Shown in pieces: positions 39,873 through 48,327 of a stretch of 64,000 nucleotides of DNA. Source of the DNA: Promethearchaeota archaeon (GTDB taxonomy: Archaea; Asgardarchaeota; Lokiarchaeia; Sigyniarchaeales; SOKP01); contig JAUVXW010000002.1 in assembly GCA_030603385.1 (NCBI GenBank), positions 131,016-195,015 of the forward strand, read 5' to 3'. Within the stretch, counting starts at the first letter, position 1, and each line of letters starts with the position of its first letter. Both the position numbers and the translations under genes were made by a program. The notes below the pieces were generated by a model. That model made no database searches, had not been told where the DNA came from, and saw nothing but the letters and a program-made list of their open reading frames with translations.

Positions 39873-40421
39873 ATGATATCAGATAAATTAAAACTTGACG
39901 ATATTGATAAGCAGATAATTTCGCTTGTTCAGGAAAATCCGTCTCTAACGCATACGGAGATTGCTACAAAGATAGATAGATCGCAACCAACAGTTGGTAT
40001 GCGAATAAAAAAACTGGAAAAAAATGGAATTTTACAATTTCAGCCAGGTATTAATTTTAAGAAAGTAGATTTGCATTTAGCAATTGTTGAATTAAAGACT
40101 AAAAATCCTGAACTTATAATGGATATAGCAAAGTTCTGCCCATTCATGCTCAACGCCTTCAGACTTAGCGGAGAACATAATCTGTGCATCCTTCTTGCCA
40201 GTTCTAAGCTTCAAAAGCTTGATAACATCATAAATTATCATTTTCGAAATAATCCTGATATTTTAAATGTCTCAATGGAAATTGTAATTGATATTGCTAA
40301 GGATTTTATTTTACCTATTGACTTTGATTCAGAAAATCATGATCCTACTCTCGAGGATGGTTGTGGTGATAAATGTAAGTACAAGATTGCCCAAGCTAAG
40401 GGATTAGTTCCAAAACGATAA
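39873..40421 (+). CDS. Lrp/AsnC-family regulator
   Basis: Paralog of the 38145 gene, with CPF motif and GCGDKC tail. Confidence 0.88.
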   Translation: MISDKLKLDDIDKQIISLVQENPSLTHTEIATKIDRSQPTVGMRIKKLEKNGILQFQPGINFKKVDLHLAIVELKTKNPELIMDIAKFCPFMLNAFRLSGEHNLCILLASSKLQKLDNIINYHFRNNPDILNVSMEIVIDIAKDFILPIDFDSENHDPTLEDGCGDKCKYKIAQAKGLVPKR

Positions 40422-40563
40422 TTCGATTTTCTTTTTCATTAAATAAATCTCTCTATAAACTTTATCTCTATAAATTTTTTCAAAAGTTAAAGAAGACTTA
40501 ATAACATATCAAGATTAATTATTAAAAAATAAAAATAAAACATTAAAATTGAAGATGTGAGAA

Positions 40564-41409
40564 ATGGAAGAATATGAAACAATAAAAGTTCAAGAACGGG
40601 AAGATGGTATTTCCATTATAACTTTTAACCGCCCAAATAGGTTAAATGCAATGAATTTCCAGTTTGTAGAAGATTTGCAAGATTATCTCAAGAAGTTAGA
40701 AAATAATCTAAGTATTCAGGTCGTAATTCTAACTGGTGAAGGTCGTGCGTTCTGCTCCGGGCTGGATTTAAAAGAGGGTCAAGCAATCTTTAAAAAAAAA
40801 GTACCTGAAAATCTTCAAAAATTCGAATACCTTCGACTAAAAGACAAAATTAAAAGAACCACAATAGTACAAAAGTTAATTTCTCAGTTAATGGTACAAC
40901 TTAGGAGAATTCCTCAACCCGTTATAGCAGCAATAAAAGGATCGGCATACGGTGGCGGTTTAGCTTTCGCTTTAGCATCCGATATCAGAATTGCAGGAGA
41001 AAGTGCTGAGTTCTGTAATGCTTTTATTAATATTGGTCTTTCTGGGGCTGATTGCGGAAGCTCTTATTGGCTACCCCGATTGATAGGGTTTTCAAGAGCA
41101 GCAGAAATTATGTATACTGGGAGAGTTATTGATGCTCAAGAAGCTGATAAAATCGGACTTGTATCTAAAGTCGTACCTGACGATAAAATCCTCAATGAAG
41201 CGCTGAATATCGCAAAAAAGATATTAACAAAAAGCCCGATAGGTGTAAGGTTTACAAAGGATGCTCTTAATATGAATGTCGACGCACCCTCACTCGAGGC
41301 TGCTACAAAATTGGAAAACAGAACTCAAGTCATTTGTATTAATGCAGAAGATGTTCTTGAAGGTGTTTTTGCTACTCTCGAGAAAAGAACTGCTAACTAC
41401 GATAAATAA
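40564..41409 (+). CDS. Enoyl-CoA hydratase/isomerase family protein
   Basis: NRPNRLNA, AFCSGLDL, GGG and LPRLIG motifs. Confidence 0.92.
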   Translation: MEEYETIKVQEREDGISIITFNRPNRLNAMNFQFVEDLQDYLKKLENNLSIQVVILTGEGRAFCSGLDLKEGQAIFKKKVPENLQKFEYLRLKDKIKRTTIVQKLISQLMVQLRRIPQPVIAAIKGSAYGGGLAFALASDIRIAGESAEFCNAFINIGLSGADCGSSYWLPRLIGFSRAAEIMYTGRVIDAQEADKIGLVSKVVPDDKILNEALNIAKKILTKSPIGVRFTKDALNMNVDAPSLEAATKLENRTQVICINAEDVLEGVFATLEKRTANYDK

Positions 41410-41491
41410 TAATTCGATTACTCTTTTAGATATAACAACATTTGGGTAAATCAATTAACCGGTGTTTTTGAGTTAGAAGAATTTTGTGAAC

Positions 41492-41562
41492 TTTGATACC
41501 ATGGTTTATAAAGGGACAATTCTCAATTTTCTTAACAATTTTATCAACATTTTTAGTAGAGA
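41492..41562 (-). pseudogene. Degenerate fragment of the adjacent Lrp gene
   Basis: Translates STKNVDKIVKKIENCPFINHG, against STKDVDKIVRKIENCPFINHA in 41700..42266. Confidence 0.75.
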
Positions 41563-41699
41563 TTCAAAATCATGTTGAGAGTCAATATTTTTAAGTCAAA
41601 AGAATTTGAAAAATTTTTTAAAAGCTTCTCTACCTATACGGAAATCTAAATTTCGATTATGTCGTATTGATTTTTTAAAAGAAAAAGTAAATTTAATAT

Positions 41700-42266
41700 T
41701 TAGTCTTCATCTTCTTGGCTGAATTTGAACTTTGGTAAGTCCTTTGCCATAGTACAGTTAGGTCCGCAGTACCTTCCATCAAAATTCTCAATCTGAAAAT
41801 CTATCGGAACCACGAAATCATGGATGCTTTCTATTAAGATATTTGTTTTTACATTTATTACATTCTCATCACGTCTAAAGCATAGATCAATGAGTTTCTC
41901 AATGGTTTGAAGGTCTGATGCCGCGATAAAGCAGAGAACGTTAAACTCCCCACTAATTTTGAAAGCGTGATTAATAAATGGACAGTTCTCAATCTTTCGG
42001 ACGATTTTATCAACATCTTTAGTAGAGAGATATACGATAGCAACCTTAATATCAACTTTCTTTACGTTGAAACCAACTTGTTTTGTAAGAAGATTCTTTC
42101 TTTCTAGCTTGATGATTCGGGCACCTACAGCAGGTTGAGATTTCTCAATTTCTGCTGCAATGGCACTGTGGGTAATATCAGGGTCCTTCTCCATCATTTC
42201 GATAATCTTCTTATCTGCAGAGTCAATGCCCAGTAACTCGTCAAACGATTTTTTCTTCATATCCAT
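41700..42266 (-). CDS. Lrp/AsnC-family regulator
   Basis: HTH SQPAVGARIIKLE, CPF motif and YCGPNC tail. Confidence 0.88.
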   Translation of the reverse strand: MDMKKKSFDELLGIDSADKKIIEMMEKDPDITHSAIAAEIEKSQPAVGARIIKLERKNLLTKQVGFNVKKVDIKVAIVYLSTKDVDKIVRKIENCPFINHAFKISGEFNVLCFIAASDLQTIEKLIDLCFRRDENVINVKTNILIESIHDFVVPIDFQIENFDGRYCGPNCTMAKDLPKFKFSQEDED

Positions 42267-42433
42267 TTCTAATCATAATATTTAAAGAATTTAAACTTAC
42301 TTTTAATAAACGAAAACACACAAATAAAAACTATTATTAATGATAAACTTAATTAATTAAACCTTTTTAATTTATAATTTTTTGTTAAATTTGTTTAATT
42401 GATATTTAACTATTTCAGGAATTGAGTGTTATG

Positions 42434-43396
42434 TTATAATACATTTGTAAAGATATTGATTAAAAGAATAATAATTGTAAAGCCTATTAGCCCAATTATA
42501 AATTTTATTGGATCTCCTTTTTCTTTCTCAGGAATAACTTCGCGTACAATTACATATAGAATTACTCCAGATATGATAGAATAAAAGATAAACAATAACT
42601 CTAAATTTTCAGGCAAAATAACATTAATTACGATTCCAACAGCTATTCCTGTTAGAGCGGAAGTTCCTAATATATATTTCATAATGGAGCCTTCTTCAAA
42701 TTTTACATCTTCATAGATTTCCAAATCAGTAAAAATAATATGACGTTCAGATCTTTTAGATACAAGTGTTCTAAAGAAGGCATAAAAAAAGAAGAGAATT
42801 CCTGGCACTAATTCAATAATCAATAAACCTACTACTATGATTCCTACGAGAAAATGATAGATATAATCCGTGATAAATCTAAATTTTCGTAAGTCGTCAT
42901 TCACATGGTTCTGAATTTTAATCTTGTATTTATTTATTTCAACTTTCATAGCTTCTTCTTGGGCATTTAGTTCTGATAGGGTCCGAGCGATATCTCTTAA
43001 AGCAGCCTCATCTAATTTTTCTTGTTTCAATTCTCTAGTAAGGATATTTTCCATATTATGTTCTACAATTTCCAGGGTTTTTTCTTTTTGCATGAGTTTA
43101 CGCATTTTCTTCTGGGTTCCTGATTCAGCTTTCTGCAGAATAAATTTTTCGGTTATGTGTATAAAGACGAAGCCGATTAAAACGAAGCTATATTCGAATA
43201 AATCTAATTCAAAAGGAAATTCTGGCAATCTTTTAGAAATTTCAGGGAGCACGATGAGGAAAAAGTAAACAACTGAAATACCTGCGATAAAAGAGGCATG
43301 TAATTGAATAAGTCTATGTTCAAAGTAATCTGCCATAAAGAAGAAACAACCGAATACCAAAGCGAGAATAACTACTATTACAACGTGAAGAGTCAT
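42434..43396 (-). CDS. Divergent ZIP-like membrane transporter with coiled-coil insert
   Basis: AGISVVYFFLIVLPE and SGVILYVIVREVIPE ZIP-like motifs; charged helical insert of about 90 aa. Confidence 0.6.
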   Translation of the reverse strand: MTLHVVIVVILALVFGCFFFMADYFEHRLIQLHASFIAGISVVYFFLIVLPEISKRLPEFPFELDLFEYSFVLIGFVFIHITEKFILQKAESGTQKKMRKLMQKEKTLEIVEHNMENILTRELKQEKLDEAALRDIARTLSELNAQEEAMKVEINKYKIKIQNHVNDDLRKFRFITDYIYHFLVGIIVVGLLIIELVPGILFFFYAFFRTLVSKRSERHIIFTDLEIYEDVKFEEGSIMKYILGTSALTGIAVGIVINVILPENLELLFIFYSIISGVILYVIVREVIPEKEKGDPIKFIIGLIGFTIIILLINIFTNVL

Positions 43397-43534
43397 TACT
43401 ATTGTTATTATTTTTGAAGTTTTTAAAGTTTTTAGAAATAAACTATAATATTTAGGCTTGAACTAGAAAGTTATAAATTTTAGGTTAATTATGATTAATA
43501 AATTGAGAAATGTAAACCTCCAAGGTGAAAAGAT

Positions 43535-44437
43535 ATTCAATTCTTAATTATTACATCAACAGAAGATAAAGCCTCAATGAACATTCGTGATAAGCTCTTA
43601 AGCTCAAAATCTTATAATTTTGAAGAAACAAATTTTATATGGTATGAGCATCCTATCTTTGAATTGACGGATTTACCTTCTGAAAATGAGAAATTATCCA
43701 ATTTAACAAAACCCGACATATTTCTTGGATTAACTAAAGAACCGCTCATTTTTTTAAATGATTTAAAATTAGATGAAACAAAAATCGAACCTGATTTTCT
43801 TATTTTTGCAAGTCGGCATACTTCAAAAACAGCCCGTCCAGCATTTTTAGTGCATACAACTGGAAATTGGAGTAAGGATACTGATTTTGGAGGTGAACCT
43901 CAAGATTTATCATGGGCAAGCGCTTTACTTCATAAGGCAGGATTCATTTCACTAACTGAACAAGAATCTATAACAAATCTCTCTGACTTTTCCCTTGATA
44001 TTGAAGTTACCCATCATGGTCCTACAATATTAGAGAAACCATTGATATTTATGGAATTAGGAAGTAGTAAAAGAGAATGGGTTATTAGTGATGCTGGTGA
44101 ATCAATAGCGACGGCAATTATTACAACGATTTTTAAATTTTTAGATTATAAAAAGAATGATAACCAACAAATAGGTTTGGGTTTCGGAGGGACACATTAT
44201 GCTCCAAATTATCATAGGTTAATAAGGAATAAAAATATAGCAATGTCATTTATCTGCCCTAAGTATTATATCCAAGAGTTAAATATTGATTTGATACGGA
44301 AAATGGTAGAAAATACTTTTGAAAAAGTTGATTATTTTATTATAGATTGGAAAGGTACAAATTCAGAAGATAAAAAACATTTAATTCCATTATTGGAAGA
44401 GTTCGATATTCCTATTAAAAAGACTAAAGATTTCTGA
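43535..44437 (+). CDS. dtdA: Archaeal D-aminoacyl-tRNA deacylase (probable ATT start upstream of ATG 43577)
   Basis: SRH, HTTGN, EVTHHGP, ELGS and GFGGTHYAP motifs. The family-like N-terminus LIITSTEDKASMNI lies upstream of the ATG. Confidence 0.9.
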   Translation: MQFLIITSTEDKASMNIRDKLLSSKSYNFEETNFIWYEHPIFELTDLPSENEKLSNLTKPDIFLGLTKEPLIFLNDLKLDETKIEPDFLIFASRHTSKTARPAFLVHTTGNWSKDTDFGGEPQDLSWASALLHKAGFISLTEQESITNLSDFSLDIEVTHHGPTILEKPLIFMELGSSKREWVISDAGESIATAIITTIFKFLDYKKNDNQQIGLGFGGTHYAPNYHRLIRNKNIAMSFICPKYYIQELNIDLIRKMVENTFEKVDYFIIDWKGTNSEDKKHLIPLLEEFDIPIKKTKDF

Positions 44438-44457
44438 ATTGTTTGTTAACAAGAAAA

Positions 44458-45354
44458 TTACGAAATATCATCATTTTCTTTCTTCTTCTTAGCTTCTTCT
44501 TTCTTCTTCTCATAATATTTTACTAAATTCTTAAAAACGTAATGCATTGGTGCGTATCCTTGGGTCGCGGATTTAGTTAAAACTTTAAGTAAAAAATCAC
44601 GATGTTTACAGCTGTCATCTGGTGAAACATTCAATTCTCTAATATTGTAAAAACTACGCCAGAAACCTGTTGGCCAATCAACGATTGGAGCTAAGAGATT
44701 TTTATATTTAGCTTTACCTTCTTGACTTAACTCTAACTCCTTTTCTATTTCATAGAAATTATTTTTACCTTTCTTCTTAATGTTGATAATGCCATCTGAT
44801 TTTATTTCTTCCATCAATTTAATTAATTCAGCTAATTGTATATCTTTAATGTTAAGTTTCTTTAAATTACTAAGTATCTCTTTGTCTGTTTGACCTTTTA
44901 GTTTTATTAGTGTATAATTTCTTGCCATAATATTGTATTTCATAGGAACTGATTCATGATCAATTTTGTTATATTGTATTAAATCTCCTAATATTTTTTT
45001 TGCTATTCGATATTTTAGCATTAATTGATCATCCTCGGAGAAATCTTCTTTAAATAGTTCGGAATCAAAATATGAGTTGTATAATGTTTGCAAAATAGAT
45101 TTTATAGAATGGAATCCATCGACTATAGCTTGTTCAACATTTTTTAATACTTTAATCCTATATTCAATGTCAGTTAGGAATTTTTGATTTTTTAAAGGTA
45201 TTTGGCGGATTGTATGAGGTTCCTCATTCAATGGTTTTAGATAATCATCCCATTTTTTCTTCAATCGATAAGATTGTGTTTTGGCTATATGTGAGAGTTT
45301 ATGAATAACCTCCAAAAGCTTTTTTAAAAATTCTTCTTCAGAAACTTCAGTCAT
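44458..45354 (-). CDS. Hypothetical protein, possible internal winged helix
   Basis: 298 aa ORF with no recognised catalytic motif. Confidence 0.65.
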   Translation of the reverse strand: MTEVSEEEFLKKLLEVIHKLSHIAKTQSYRLKKKWDDYLKPLNEEPHTIRQIPLKNQKFLTDIEYRIKVLKNVEQAIVDGFHSIKSILQTLYNSYFDSELFKEDFSEDDQLMLKYRIAKKILGDLIQYNKIDHESVPMKYNIMARNYTLIKLKGQTDKEILSNLKKLNIKDIQLAELIKLMEEIKSDGIINIKKKGKNNFYEIEKELELSQEGKAKYKNLLAPIVDWPTGFWRSFYNIRELNVSPDDSCKHRDFLLKVLTKSATQGYAPMHYVFKNLVKYYEKKKEEAKKKKENDDIS

Positions 45355-45560
45355 CCACTAAGTACCTTAACCTTATTACTTGAATTTTTTTTAATTAATT
45401 AATATTAGAATCCAAAAATTTTAAACTTTAGATAAAAATTCTGGTTAAAATATGATTGGAAAAATATTTTCTTTTAATTATTATCAATATAAATACTGTT
45501 AAAACAGATCGAACGTATCCCTTTTTATTATTTAGAATAGAAAAAAAAATATTTAAAAAT

Positions 45561-46034
45561 TTAAACTTCTCCAGAATAATATCCTTCTTTTCTAAATCTA
45601 ATATAGGAAATCAAGCACATTGAGAAGATAGCTATGTAGATTATCAATAAAATGATTAGTAATATACTGGTTCCAAATAGATCTGTGTATATAATTATTG
45701 CTCGTATAGATAAGATTATACTTATTCCTGTGATGATATTACACACAATAGTTATAACATTGAGTCTTCTTCCAGCAATAGTTATGCCACCTAGGATAAG
45801 ATACACTAAAAAGGCAAACCCAGTAGCAAGAATTGTAAAGAGAAAAGCAAGAAGAGCTTTTACTAAACCTTCAATTATGCTTACATATTCATTATAATCA
45901 ATAAAAATAGCAGAATAAACAACAGCGCCTCCTAAATCAAAAAAAAATAAAACAACCCGTAATATCGCAACGACAATACATAAAATTCCCGCAGTAATTC
46001 TTAATTTTTCATGAAGTTCCATAATTTGATTCAC
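45561..46034 (-). CDS. 4-TM membrane protein
   Basis: Four hydrophobic segments. Confidence 0.7.
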   Translation of the reverse strand: MNQIMELHEKLRITAGILCIVVAILRVVLFFFDLGGAVVYSAIFIDYNEYVSIIEGLVKALLAFLFTILATGFAFLVYLILGGITIAGRRLNVITIVCNIITGISIILSIRAIIIYTDLFGTSILLIILLIIYIAIFSMCLISYIRFRKEGYYSGEV

Positions 46035-46150
46035 CCTATTCTATACTTAATTTTTAGTATAATATAATTAAGTGAAAAATTAACTAAGATGCTAAATAAA
46101 AATATATTATACATTTGTATTTAAATAAGTTTGTAAAGATTAGAAAAAAA

Positions 46151-46537
46151 ATGAAAATTGAACATATTGCTGTAGGATACAATTCAGAAGAAGAGGCGGA
46201 TAGATTTTTCATTGACTTGCTTGGTTTGAAAAAAATCCGATCAAAATCAGTTCCAGAAGATTTGATGAAGAAATTTTTTAGTGTAAAGAGAGAGTCTAAA
46301 TTTGTTTTATATGGAAAACAAGATTCAAATTTCGAAGTATTCATAACCGATGATAATAGCAGAGCACAGGATGTTTTTACTCATTCTTGTTTATTAATAG
46401 AAAATCGAGATGAGTTTATGAATAAAGTTTCTTCAATGGGATATGATTTAGTTAAAGTTCCAAGAAAGGATAGCAATGGTTACTATCTTTTTATTAAAGA
46501 TGGATTCCGAAATTTATATGAAATAAAAGAGAAATAG
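46151..46537 (+). CDS. VOC/glyoxalase-family protein
   Basis: IEHIAV, FFIDLLGL, H and FIKDGFRNLYEI motifs. Confidence 0.8.
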   Translation: MKIEHIAVGYNSEEEADRFFIDLLGLKKIRSKSVPEDLMKKFFSVKRESKFVLYGKQDSNFEVFITDDNSRAQDVFTHSCLLIENRDEFMNKVSSMGYDLVKVPRKDSNGYYLFIKDGFRNLYEIKEK

Positions 46538-46550
46538 TCGAAATCTAAAC

Positions 46551-46979
46551 CTATTTCAAATTTTTTAGAATTCCAGAGCTTTCTATTATCTCTTTATGAT
46601 CAAAGGCTAATTTTAAAGAAGAGATTTTTGATAATGGAATAATCTCTAATGCAGCTGCATCATCCATAGCTTTTGGTTTCTCATTATCTGTTAGTGGTTC
46701 GCAAAGGAAGCCGATAGTAACATTATGCCCTCTTGGATCTCGTTTAGGGTCTGAAAAAACACCAATAAGTTTAATTATATTGATATTGATATTAGTTTCC
46801 TCTTTTGCTTCGCGAATACATGCATTTTCCACGGTTTCTCCAACATCTACAAATCCCCCCGGTAATGCTAATTCCCCTTGAAAGGGTGGATTTTTCCGTC
46901 GAATTAGAACTAAAGCACTTTTATTGTTAACTAAAATAACAGCATCTACGGTCAATAAAGGAGTTGTAGGTTTAGGCAT
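46551..46979 (-). CDS. Nudix hydrolase (ADP-ribose pyrophosphatase-like)
   Basis: LPGGFVDVGETVENACIREAKEET, RDPRGH and LAFDH. Confidence 0.92.
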   Translation of the reverse strand: MPKPTTPLLTVDAVILVNNKSALVLIRRKNPPFQGELALPGGFVDVGETVENACIREAKEETNININIIKLIGVFSDPKRDPRGHNVTIGFLCEPLTDNEKPKAMDDAAALEIIPLSKISSLKLAFDHKEIIESSGILKNLK

Positions 46980-47017
46980 ACTTGATTACAGTTTATAGTT
47001 ATTTTTCATTCCTTACT

Positions 47018-47839
47018 TTATTCATCCCAAACTGATGAAGCAAGTAAATGTTCAATTCTTGTTTTTCTTGGTCTTATAAATTCTGTATGATGTTCTTTTC
47101 GTTTTAATAACAGATTTTTATCCAGATTAGTTGAGTCAATAATATATACTTCTAAATCTCCCTCATCGAGATAAATGTGATTAAAGCTGGGAGAATCTTG
47201 GGCACGAACTTTATTTGAAGTTGAAGTACCACAATAGAGAAAAGTGGTGGTAGATGAATTCTGCCAAGATATTACATAAGCATGAGGGACGTGGCGGTGT
47301 CCCATTAATACTAAATCTATTTCAAATAGTTGGGTGAATTCTAGAATTTCTCCTGCATCTCGTACAGTAGTAAACTTTTGTCCTGACATTGGAACAGGGA
47401 TTAAATGGTGATGCAATGCAATTATTCGATTTTCCAAATTTCTATTAAATTGACGAGCCGCCCAGTCTAATTGTTCATCCCCGATCTCGCCCGACGCCAA
47501 ATCATCTTTCGCAGAACAAACACCAACAATAATAGTATCTTTATCTTCAAGAATCATTCTTGAACGTCGTGGTCCAATTAATTTCTCAAAAAATACTATA
47601 CCTGAATTTTTTGCATCGTGGTTTCCGGGCACAGCTAAGAACTTAGTAACCTCTTTTATCCGATTAAGATAAGGCAGAACCTCATTATATTGAGTTACTC
47701 TTCCCTTATGTATAATATCTCCGGTACAAATCACTACATCAGGTTTGGAGTCTTTAATATATGAAATTATGTTTTCCATATAGTCAGGAACAAATTCCGA
47801 CCCGTAATGTAAATCACTTATTTGTATTATCTCTACCAA
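47018..47839 (-). CDS. Calcineurin-like metallophosphoesterase (CpdA/Icc-like)
   Basis: SDLH, TGD, PGNHD, HHH and GHRH motifs. Confidence 0.9.
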   Translation of the reverse strand: MVEIIQISDLHYGSEFVPDYMENIISYIKDSKPDVVICTGDIIHKGRVTQYNEVLPYLNRIKEVTKFLAVPGNHDAKNSGIVFFEKLIGPRRSRMILEDKDTIIVGVCSAKDDLASGEIGDEQLDWAARQFNRNLENRIIALHHHLIPVPMSGQKFTTVRDAGEILEFTQLFEIDLVLMGHRHVPHAYVISWQNSSTTTFLYCGTSTSNKVRAQDSPSFNHIYLDEGDLEVYIIDSTNLDKNLLLKRKEHHTEFIRPRKTRIEHLLASSVWDE

Positions 47840-48000
47840 TTTTTTAACACCCTCTCATATTAAGTTCATAGATTAAAAGAGATTTTCTATTACTTATAAA
47901 TTTAATAATAAGTGTTAAGTTTAAAATATTTTTAATCAATAAAAAATTTTAAATAAAAAGTGTATAAAATGGAAATCTAATTCAAAAAATAAAAAAGACC

Positions 48001-48183
48001 TTAGTTATAACTCTCTAAACTGAGAGATTTGATTGAAATATTGAGTTTATGCTGTAATTTTCGTTGTTCTGCTAATGTTGCAAGAGTTTTTTTATTATTA
48101 CAATCAAAACAAATGCCATTAACATTTATGTGGCGTATTTCCCCACATTCTGGACAGCTAAACTCCTTAAAAATAGGTTTCAT
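48001..48183 (-). CDS. Small zinc-finger protein
   Basis: CPEC...CFDC. Confidence 0.55.
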   Translation of the reverse strand: MKPIFKEFSCPECGEIRHINVNGICFDCNNKKTLATLAEQRKLQHKLNISIKSLSLESYN

Positions 48184-48327
48184 AATAATTTTGTTCCTCT
48201 AAAATTTGTATTTTAAATATATAGTTACTCGTTTTTTTCTTAATTATTATAAAAAAATATAGAGATTTAAGCTCTTTCGTCATATTATATAAAGTCTATA
48301 TAGTCTATATAGAAAAAAAAGTAGGAC

